64,000 nt of DNA from Candidatus Pampinifervens sinense (GTDB lineage Bacteria; Aquificota; Aquificia; Aquificales; Aquificaceae), in assembly GCA_037927135.1 (NCBI GenBank), contig JAXSPP010000006.1, positions 66,112-130,111 on the forward strand, given 5' to 3'. The notes beneath the pieces were generated by a model that was given only the letters and a program-made list of their open reading frames with translations, did no database searches and had not been told where the DNA came from. Positions 1 through 11,645 of this stretch are shown here, piece by piece (position 1 is the first letter of the stretch; the number at the start of each line of letters is the position of its first letter). Made by a program: the position numbers and the translations under genes.

Positions 1-1
1 C

Positions 2-952
2 CTGATGGAGATGAAAAAGGAAGGGGCAAAGGCTGTGGTCTGCGAGGTCTCTTCTCATGCCCTGGACCAAAAAAGGGTATGGGGAACGGTTTTTCACACG
101 GTGGCCTTTACAAACCTAAGCCAAGACCACCTTGACTACCACCAGACCATGGAAAACTACTTTTTGGCAAAGGCAATGCTCTTTACCGAGTATGAATACC
201 AGCATGCCATCATAAACGCCGACGACCCTTGGGGCAAAAGGCTCATAAGCATGGCAAAAAAGGTAAAAACCTACGGAAAGGAAGGGGATTTGAAGATATT
301 GGACTTTTCTACAGGCCTTGAAGGCTCAAGGCTGAAGGTAGAGCATGAAGGAAAGGAATACACCTTTTATTCCAACTTAAGGGGAGACTTTCAAGCCTAC
401 AACCTTTCCCTTGGCATACTTTTGGGCTTTCTTTGGGACCTTTCTCCAGAGGTTATACAAGAGGGCATAAAAGAGGTGCATGTGCCAGGAAGGTTTGAAA
501 CCTACAATGGCAAGGGCTTTATGGTGGTTGTAGATTACGCCCACACGCCTGATGCGTTAGAAAAAGTGCTAAAAACGGCCAAGGCTTTGACAAAAAACAG
601 GCTCATTGTTGTCTTTGGCGCGGGTGGAAACAGGGACAGGACAAAAAGGCCCCTTATGGGAAAGGTAGCAGAAATGCTGGCAGACCTTGTAATTCTCACT
701 TCCGACAACCCAAGGTTTGAAGAGCCTATGGCCATTATTGAAGACATCTTGGCAGGTATAGAAGAAAGAAGCAAGGTAATTGTGGAAGAGGATAGAAAAA
801 AAGCCATAGAGCTTGCCATAGGCTTGGCAAGGGAGGGTGATGTGGTTGTAGTGGCCGGAAAAGGACATGAAGATTATCAGGAGATAAAAGGTGTAAAATA
901 TCCTTTTAAAGATTCTCAAGTGGTCAAGGAGGCCCTCGGTGTGCGACTTTGA
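2..952 (+). CDS. murE: UDP-N-acetylmuramoyl-L-alanyl-D-glutamate--2,6-diaminopimelate ligase (5'-truncated by window edge)
   Basis: Motifs EVSSHAL, FTNLSQDHLDYH, VDYAHTPDAL, DNPR (DAP-specific) and AGKGHEDYQ. Confidence 0.95.
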   Translation: MMEMKKEGAKAVVCEVSSHALDQKRVWGTVFHTVAFTNLSQDHLDYHQTMENYFLAKAMLFTEYEYQHAIINADDPWGKRLISMAKKVKTYGKEGDLKILDFSTGLEGSRLKVEHEGKEYTFYSNLRGDFQAYNLSLGILLGFLWDLSPEVIQEGIKEVHVPGRFETYNGKGFMVVVDYAHTPDALEKVLKTAKALTKNRLIVVFGAGGNRDRTKRPLMGKVAEMLADLVILTSDNPRFEEPMAIIEDILAGIEERSKVIVEEDRKKAIELAIGLAREGDVVVVAGKGHEDYQEIKGVKYPFKDSQVVKEALGVRL

Positions 953-1199
953 AAGTCTACATTACACGCTAAAGGATGAGCTTTTGAACCTTTATAAAGA
1001 GGCGGACACACCAAGGCCAAGGGTCAAGATAACAAGCCTAAAAAGCGGTAAGCTCTGCGGCCTTGCCAACCTTGCCAAAATAATCCTTTACTTTGAAAGG
1101 GAAGGCTATGTGGTGGTGTTGAACAAGGATGATAATTATACCGAGTGGGAGATACAGATAGAGCCTGGCATACTTGACCTGCTTTTTGGGTATGGGTGA
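939..1199 (+). CDS. hypothetical protein, 86 aa
   Basis: GTG start overlaps the murE 3' end, codon usage is host-like, no recognised motif. Confidence 0.65.
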   Translation: MCDFESLHYTLKDELLNLYKEADTPRPRVKITSLKSGKLCGLANLAKIILYFEREGYVVVLNKDDNYTEWEIQIEPGILDLLFGYG

Positions 1200-1575
1200 G
1201 CTTGGACTAAAGAAACTTGGGAAGGAGGAAGCTAAAAAAGTAGCACAGGCCATTGAGATTGCCTTAGAAAGCATTGAAGATAAAGCTAAAGATGTGGCTC
1301 TACAGAAAAAGCTGGAGCTAAAAGATGAGCTTACAAAGGAACTGGCAACGAAAGCGGATTTACAACTTTTAAAGGTGGAGCTTGAGGCAAAGGTGGAAAG
1401 CATAAAAACAGAGCTTGAGGCAAGGATAGAAAAAGAGTCTTCAAAGTTGAGAGAGGAAATCCTCAAGCTTGACAGGAAGTTTACCATCATGTTTTTAATA
1501 CTTCTTTTTGCCATACTTTTACTAAACAAGGGTGCCTTAGAATTCTTAGCAAAGCTTTTTGGCCTTGTTAAGTGA
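1192..1575 (+). CDS. DUF1640/CCDC90-like membrane-anchored coiled-coil protein
   Basis: ELATKADL motif, heptad coiled coil and C-terminal TM helix; paralog of 22193-22932. ATG at 1192 chosen; the ORF is open from 1174. Confidence 0.7.
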   Translation: MGELGLKKLGKEEAKKVAQAIEIALESIEDKAKDVALQKKLELKDELTKELATKADLQLLKVELEAKVESIKTELEARIEKESSKLREEILKLDRKFTIMFLILLFAILLLNKGALEFLAKLFGLVK

Positions 1576-1599
1576 TAAAGGTGGGATAAAATTTTAACC

Positions 1600-2493
1600 A
1601 TGAAGCTTTTTATGATAGGGTTGGGGAGGATGGGGCTTGGTATGTCAAGAAGACTCTCCAAAAAGGGGCATGAGGTCTTTGGCTACGATGTGAGCGTGGA
1701 GGCCAGGGAGAGGGCAAAGGAATACATAAGGGTTCTTGAAAGGCTTGAAGAGCTAAAGGAACAAGAGGAAAAGGTCCTCTGGCTTATGGTACCTCATGAG
1801 GTGGTAGATGAGGCCATAGACAGCCTCAGGCCTTACTTGAAGGAAGGGGACATAGTCATAGACGGTGGAAACAGCTACTATAGAGACTCTCAAAGGAGGG
1901 CAAAGGAGTTAAAAGGAATAGGTGTTTATTTTCTTGATGTTGGTGTAAGCGGTGGAGTGTATGGAGAGGAGCTTGGCTACTGTTTAATGGTTGGTGGTGA
2001 AAGAGAGGCCTTTGAAAAGGTTGAGCTTATCTTAAGGGACCTATCTTATGAAGGCGTGGGCTATGCCTACCTTGGGCCATGGGGTGCTGGCCACTTTGCC
2101 AAGATGGTTCATAACGGCATAGAGTATGCTATGATGCAGGCCATAGGAGAGGGCTTTGAGCTTTTAAAGGAGAGCGGTTTTAACTATGACCTGAAAGAGG
2201 TGGCACGTATATACAACACGGGCAGTGTGATACGTAGCTGGCTTATGGAGCTAACTCAGAAGGTCTTTGAGGACTTTGGAGACCTTGAAGGTCTGGAGGC
2301 CTATGTAGAAGACACAGGGGAAGGCCGTTGGACGGTGGAAGAGGCTATCAAAAGGGCTGTGCCAGTGCCTACCATAGCGGAGGCCCTCTTTGCCCGCTTT
2401 AGGTCAAGACAGAAAAACTCCTTTAGAGACAGGCTTTTGGCGGGCTTAAGGTATGAGTTTGGAAGGCATCAAGTAAGAAGAAAAGATGGATAA
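1600..2493 (+). CDS. gnd: 6-phosphogluconate dehydrogenase (decarboxylating, short YqeC type)
   Basis: GLGRMG Rossmann motif, IDGGNS, VSGG and KMVHNGIEY; adjacent to zwf. Confidence 0.93.
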   Translation: MKLFMIGLGRMGLGMSRRLSKKGHEVFGYDVSVEARERAKEYIRVLERLEELKEQEEKVLWLMVPHEVVDEAIDSLRPYLKEGDIVIDGGNSYYRDSQRRAKELKGIGVYFLDVGVSGGVYGEELGYCLMVGGEREAFEKVELILRDLSYEGVGYAYLGPWGAGHFAKMVHNGIEYAMMQAIGEGFELLKESGFNYDLKEVARIYNTGSVIRSWLMELTQKVFEDFGDLEGLEAYVEDTGEGRWTVEEAIKRAVPVPTIAEALFARFRSRQKNSFRDRLLAGLRYEFGRHQVRRKDG

Positions 2494-3820
2494 AAGCTTT
2501 TCCCTTTTTATCCTGGGTGGCACGGGGGACCTGGCAAAGAAGAAGCTTTTCCCATCCCTTTCAAGACTATACTCTAAGGGCTACCTTAAGGGCCTTGATA
2601 AGGTCTATTCCTTGGCAAGGAGCAAAAGGGAAGACTGGGAGCAGATAGTTTGCCAGCTTGACAGAGGCCTTGGAAAGCTTTGCAACTTCATACCTTTTGA
2701 TGCAAAAGACTGGAACTCCTACCTTGAGCTTGGAAAGGTCATAAAAGAGCTAAAGGGTCAAGAGCTTATATTCTTTTTATCCCTTAGCCCTTACCTTTTT
2801 GAGGATGCCATAAGAAACTTAGGGAGGCTTTTGAGGGACTTTACCAATCCAAGGAAGATAGTCATAGAAAAGCCCTTTGGCTTTGACCTAAAATCTGCCC
2901 AAAGGCTAAACGACCTGCTTTACAGATACTTTATAGAGGATGAGATATACCGCATAGACCACTTTTTGGGGAAGGACACCATCCAAAACATCTTTTCCCT
3001 TAGGTTTTCCAACACCATCTTTGAGGGCATATGGAACAGAAACTTTATAGACCATGTGCAGATAGTGGCCCTTGAGAAGGTGGGTGTGGAAGGGAGGGGA
3101 GAGTTTTATGATAAGGTGGGTGCCATAAGGGACATGCTACAAAACCATATGCTTCAAATGCTTGCCTTTACGGCCATGGAGCCACCTGCCCTGATGGAAG
3201 AGAGGTTTATAAGGGATGAGAAGGTAAAGGTCTTAAAGAACACAAGGATAGAGAGGCTTATCAGGGGAAGGTATGAGGGCTACACTTTGGAGGTGGGCAA
3301 CGAAAACTCCAAGAGGGAGACCTTTGTATGTGCTAAAGTGCTTGTGGAAAACTTCAGATGGCAAGGGGTTCCCTTTTACCTTATGACGGGAAAGGCCCTA
3401 AAGGAAAAGCTAACTCAGATTGTAATAGTCTTCAAGGAAATACCTCAAGGCCTCACCAGGCTTTTGGACTGCAAGCCTCAGCAGAATAAGATCATCTTTC
3501 AAATGGCTCCAGAGAGCAAGCTTATAATAGCCTTTGACCTTAGGCCACCTACTGGAAAGCTTCTGTCTTGCCCTGTGGAAAGCCTTATGGAGTATAAATT
3601 TCCCACCGAGTTTGAGGAGGCCTATGAGGTGCTTTTGCTTGATATAGTGGAGGGTGATAGGTCCCTCTTTATAAGGGGTGATGAGGTAGAGGCCCTATGG
3701 GAGATAGTTCAACCATACCTTGACCAAGAAGAAGATCCCTTTATCTATCCCAAAGGTGTAATGGTGCCTCAGCCTGCGGTGGAATTTCTGGAAAGAGAGG
3801 GAAGAAGATGGATCCTCTAA
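2486..3820 (+). CDS. zwf: glucose-6-phosphate 1-dehydrogenase
   Basis: GGTGDLA, IEKPFG, YRIDHFLGK and RDMLQNH motifs. Confidence 0.95.
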   Translation: MDKSFSLFILGGTGDLAKKKLFPSLSRLYSKGYLKGLDKVYSLARSKREDWEQIVCQLDRGLGKLCNFIPFDAKDWNSYLELGKVIKELKGQELIFFLSLSPYLFEDAIRNLGRLLRDFTNPRKIVIEKPFGFDLKSAQRLNDLLYRYFIEDEIYRIDHFLGKDTIQNIFSLRFSNTIFEGIWNRNFIDHVQIVALEKVGVEGRGEFYDKVGAIRDMLQNHMLQMLAFTAMEPPALMEERFIRDEKVKVLKNTRIERLIRGRYEGYTLEVGNENSKRETFVCAKVLVENFRWQGVPFYLMTGKALKEKLTQIVIVFKEIPQGLTRLLDCKPQQNKIIFQMAPESKLIIAFDLRPPTGKLLSCPVESLMEYKFPTEFEEAYEVLLLDIVEGDRSLFIRGDEVEALWEIVQPYLDQEEDPFIYPKGVMVPQPAVEFLEREGRRWIL

Positions 3821-3823
3821 CTC

Positions 3824-4138
3824 AGGGTGTTTCAAAAATAGCCTGTGCTTTCACGCAGACTACCGCCCCCGTCCCCTGCAACGGGAACTAGTGCCCTTCT
3901 CGGGTCTCCCCACAAGCCCTGAAAGAGTTTCCCTTTCAGGACAGAGAGGTCCCTAAGGATCCTCTCAAGGGAGAGTGCCGTCAGCACCACTACCTTGAGA
4001 ACTCGCCATGGATTAAATATCCTCCTTGGCTCACTCCAATGGATATGTAGGCTGGTCTCTTTGCCTTGATAGTTTGAGAATGTAAGCTTAACGCTTATGG
4101 TTATCATCTTTAGGTAAGGTGGATTTTTGACACACCCT
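3824..4138. mobile_element. putative MITE / non-autonomous IS remnant with 16-bp terminal inverted repeats
   Basis: Left end AGGGTGTTTCAAAAAT (3824-3839); reverse complement of the right end (4123-4138) is AGGGTGTGTCAAAAAT, 15/16 identical. No transposase; no clear target-site duplication. Confidence 0.6.
3839..4000 (-). ncRNA. candidate structured RNA (six hairpins) inside the TIR-bounded element
   Basis: GC-rich stems at 3839-3862, 3871-3888, 3894-3904, 3916-3942, 3944-3966 and 3963-4000. Several mismatches become G-U pairs only on the minus strand; GAAA loop at the 3' end. Confidence 0.4.
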
Positions 4139-4148
4139 CCCCTTTAAC

Positions 4149-4423
4149 TTGACAAAGTATACGGAAGGTTATATAATAGATTAAAGTCATTGGTGGTTCG
4201 GGGTTCTAAAGCCCCGTGAAAGGTCTTGACAAATGAAAAATTGTGTGTATAATAAAATAATTGGTGTCAGTTGAGGGGCATAAGGTCCCTTGTCATCTTG
4301 AGAGATGAATAGAAAACCTCTTGACAAAGGTGATGGGTTGAGATATAATTAATAAATGTATTGAGGGTCTAAAGGGCCCTTGATAAAGCACCACTTGACA
4401 AAAGAAAAGTTCTGAAGTATAAT
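4149..4423 (+). promoter_or_regulatory. four tandem consensus sigma70 promoters of the rRNA operon
   Basis: TTGACA/TATAAT pairs at 4149/4172 (17 bp), 4226/4248 (16 bp), 4321/4344 (17 bp) and 4395/4418 (17 bp). Confidence 0.88.
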
Positions 4424-4472
4424 AATAATCCTGTAAAGGCTGTGAAAAGGAAAGGGCTAGAAGGCCCTTGAT

Positions 4473-4504
4473 ATCTTGGCAACTGAATAAGGAGGAAGGG
4501 CTCC
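4473..4504 (+). promoter_or_regulatory. rrn leader boxA-like element / 16S processing stem, 5' strand
   Basis: ATCTTGGCAACTGAATAAGGAGGAAGGGCTCC pairs with GGAGCCCTTCCTCCTTATTGAGTTGCC after the 16S (about 6115-6141). The same motif recurs before the 23S (about 6319-6340) and pairs with about 9325-9353. Confidence 0.75.
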
Positions 4505-4516
4505 TATAACTGGGGT

Positions 4517-6084
<1,568 letters not shown>

Positions 6085-6149
6085 TAACGGAGCAAACTCT
6101 GAAGAAAAACTTCAGGAGCCCTTCCTCCTTATTGAGTTGCCTTTCCTTT

Positions 6150-6223
6150 GGGCCTCTAGCTCAGTTGGTTAGAGCGTGCCCCTGATAAGGGCAAGGTCGG
6201 TGGTTCAAGTCCACCGAGGCCCA
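6150..6223 (+). tRNA. tRNA-Ile(GAT), CCA not encoded
   Basis: Acceptor stem GGGCCTC/GAGGCCC, anticodon loop CTGATAA, T-loop GGTTCAAGTCC. Confidence 0.97.
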
Positions 6224-6242
6224 TTATCTGGGGCAGGTCCAA

Positions 6243-6314
6243 GGGGATGTAGCTCAGCGGGAGAGCGCCTGCTTTGCAAGCAGGAGGTCGTGGGTTCAAC
6301 TCCCACCATCTCCA
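6243..6314 (+). tRNA. tRNA-Ala(TGC), CCA not encoded
   Basis: GGGGATG/CATCTCC acceptor with G3-U70, anticodon loop TTTGCAA, T-loop GGTTCAACTCC. Confidence 0.97.
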
Positions 6315-6357
6315 TGTCATCTTTGGCAACTGAATAGGTTTTCCTTCCTTGTGGGTG

Positions 6358-9316
<2,959 letters not shown>

Positions 9317-9362
9317 ACCCACAGGAAGGAAAACCTATTGAGTTGCCAAAGATGCCAAAGCT

Positions 9363-9485
9363 TCCCTCGGGACCATAGCGGAGGGGAAACACCCGGTTTC
9401 CATTCCGAACCCGGCAGTTAAGCCCTCCAGCGCCGATGATACTGTGCCGGACGCACGGCACGGGAAAGTAGGTCGTCCCGGGGGT
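9363..9485 (+). rRNA. rrf: 5S ribosomal RNA
   Basis: CCATTCCGAACCCGGCAGTTAAGC and GGGAAAGTAGGTCG; helix I CCCTCGG/CCGGGGG. Confidence 0.97.
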
Positions 9486-9495
9486 TTTTAATTAT

Positions 9496-10248
9496 TTATT
9501 CCAGCTTGTAGCTTACAGGAAGCCTTATTACCACATCCACCGGTGGTTTTGGAAAAAGATGCGCCACCCTTTTGACAGTTTCTAAGGCATTCCTGTCCAA
9601 AAGTTCATAGCCTGAGCTCTTTTCTATCTTCACATCTTCTAAAGTGCCATCGCTTCTAAGATGTATATAGATTACTACCTTGCCCTCCCATCCCATTTTG
9701 CGCGCCAAAGGAGGATAGCTGATATTCCTTTGAACAATTGAAGATATAACGGAAAGCTTCTCCTTTAAGAACATCTCTTGGGCATGCTCTTTGTTTAAAC
9801 TTTCCTTTGACTCCCTTTTAACATCCCCTAAAGCTACAGCCTCTTCACCCTTCCCTTTGCTTCCAACAGCTTGATCGTGAGATTTTTGTGATGTATTTTG
9901 ACCGATCATTTCCTCATTTTTTTGAGAAATAGGTTGACTTACCTCCTGTGTTTGCAAGGGTGGTAAAGAAGCTTCCTCTTTTATACTCTTGATTATGTGA
10001 GGTTGATCACTTTCCCGCCTTACAGGCACAGCTTCATAGCTCTTGATGTTTTTCTCTTGTTTTATTGCCTTTTCTTTCTCCAATAGCTTTTCCACCTTAA
10101 AGGAGTCAAGGCTTAGGTCTATTTCTATGGCCTCCTTTCTTTCCATAGGTCTGTTTGTTAAAAATAAAAGGAAAAGCAAAAGGAAAGCATGAAGAAGAAA
10201 GGAAAGACCAAAGGCCTTTAGCTTTATATCAATGCGCTCCATGGCCAT
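9496..10248 (-). CDS. tonB: energy transducer TonB
   Basis: N-terminal TM with SFLLH; C-terminal YPPLARKMGWEGKV...SSGYELLD domain. Confidence 0.9.
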   Translation of the reverse strand: MAMERIDIKLKAFGLSFLLHAFLLLFLLFLTNRPMERKEAIEIDLSLDSFKVEKLLEKEKAIKQEKNIKSYEAVPVRRESDQPHIIKSIKEEASLPPLQTQEVSQPISQKNEEMIGQNTSQKSHDQAVGSKGKGEEAVALGDVKRESKESLNKEHAQEMFLKEKLSVISSIVQRNISYPPLARKMGWEGKVVIYIHLRSDGTLEDVKIEKSSGYELLDRNALETVKRVAHLFPKPPVDVVIRLPVSYKLE

Positions 10249-11635
10249 AAGCCGGGAAGAGAAGGACGGCTATTATCGTAAAAAGGGAAAGGAGGAGATA
10301 AAAAACGGGAAGGGCTGAGGCTGTTATAAAGATATAAACTCTCCTTTCCCTTGTTAAAAGACACACTCTTTTCCACAGTATATGAAGGCTCCAAAAACCA
10401 GCTATAAAGGGGAAGATTTTAAAGATATGTAGCCAAGGCTCTCCCCTTTTTGCCAAAGGCTCTGCACTTATATCCAGTCCGAAGGTCTGAGAGAAACCGT
10501 TCACAATATTATGATAGTACTCTATAAAGAAGAACTCAAGCACATGGGAAAGACCACCTACTATCATAAGAGGGGCAAAGGCATAGCCAAGAGTGGTAAA
10601 AACTTGCCAAAAGTCTTTGCTTAAAGCCTTTGCCACCAATTTAAAGCTAACATAAACTGTAAAAAGCACCAGGATCAAAGACATAAGCATGGCTATAAGG
10701 CCTGTCATATCCACAAACTTTGGAAGGCCTAAAGCCTTTTGAACATACCCTCCTACAGCTACCCAAGGCATATACTCGCTTAGGCTACTGCGCGAAAGGC
10801 CATGGTGGAACCTCATGGTAAAGGTTATTACCGCAACAAGAAGAACATAGACCATAACCTCTATAACTTTTGGGTTCTTTATACTTTCATAAAGGGAATA
10901 GCCCCACCTTCTAAGATCAAACCTTACCGCTTGACAGACATTAGCACACTCCATACAAAGGGTGCAACCAAACATGCTCTTTCTTTCTTCAAACTTGGAA
11001 GGGTTTAGCTCATAAGGACAGGCAAGGGCGCATACTGGCTTTTTACAGCCTTTGCACTCCTCTTGGTATGTAGAAAGCCATGTAAAGGAAGTCCTTGAAA
11101 AGGCTGTATTTACAGAACCTATAGGGCATATGTATTTACAGTAGGCCATGCCTCTAAAAAGGAAGAAGAAAAGTATGGAAAGGAGGGTAAAGAAGAGGAA
11201 GAAGCTTGCGGTGGCAATGGGGTGTCTGAGAAGGCCCGGAAAGGTGTATAAGACAAACCAGTAGGCTATTATGTTGGAACCTATGAGACCTATGTAAGGG
11301 TTGGCAAGCCATTTGGGCGGCCTAAGCCTTAAGCCAAATCTGGTTATATGCCTCCCTAAGAACCCATGGGGGCAGACCATGCAGAAGACATTTCCAAGGG
11401 TGGGAAGGCTTATAACCATAAAGAAGGGCCAGAAGATGGACCAAAAGACTGCCCTGGTGAAGATGTTATCCTTGGTGGGGTTTATAAAGCCGTAGGCTAT
11501 AGCATAAAAAAGGAGAAAAAGGGTAAGGAGTCTGTAGAAGGTTAGCATATATCTGTTTTTGAAAAGAAAGGAAAGGATGGGCATACCAAAGATGTCTGTG
11601 CTTGCCCTTTTTTTGACAAGTGTAAACACCCTCAT
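10229..11635 (-). CDS. polytopic membrane 4Fe-4S ferredoxin-type protein (NapH/CcoG/NosR-like)
   Basis: CMVCP and CKYICP motifs, CKGCKKPVCALACP and CTLCMECANVC clusters, many TM helices. Confidence 0.8.
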   Translation of the reverse strand: MRVFTLVKKRASTDIFGMPILSFLFKNRYMLTFYRLLTLFLLFYAIAYGFINPTKDNIFTRAVFWSIFWPFFMVISLPTLGNVFCMVCPHGFLGRHITRFGLRLRPPKWLANPYIGLIGSNIIAYWFVLYTFPGLLRHPIATASFFLFFTLLSILFFFLFRGMAYCKYICPIGSVNTAFSRTSFTWLSTYQEECKGCKKPVCALACPYELNPSKFEERKSMFGCTLCMECANVCQAVRFDLRRWGYSLYESIKNPKVIEVMVYVLLVAVITFTMRFHHGLSRSSLSEYMPWVAVGGYVQKALGLPKFVDMTGLIAMLMSLILVLFTVYVSFKLVAKALSKDFWQVFTTLGYAFAPLMIVGGLSHVLEFFFIEYYHNIVNGFSQTFGLDISAEPLAKRGEPWLHIFKIFPFIAGFWSLHILWKRVCLLTRERRVYIFITASALPVFYLLLSLFTIIAVLLFPAYGHGAH

Positions 11636-11645
11636 GGCTCACCTC

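Noticed and set aside
3832-4107. 91-aa minus-strand ORF within the TIR element
   Set aside because: No SD, no transposase motif, and it runs through the hairpins into the TIR; probably spurious.
3839-4110. Possibility that the structured region is RNase P RNA, SRP RNA, 6S RNA or a cobalamin riboswitch
   Set aside because: Diagnostic motifs (GAGGAAAGUCC, SRP GGAA domain, one long 6S hairpin, B12 box) are absent or in the wrong order.
4149-4490. Promoter-hairpin modules as a possible CRISPR array
   Set aside because: Units are degenerate, unevenly spaced and explained by promoters; no cas genes.
6150-6314. tRNA genes lacking encoded CCA
   Set aside because: Common in bacteria; Aquificae add CCA enzymatically.
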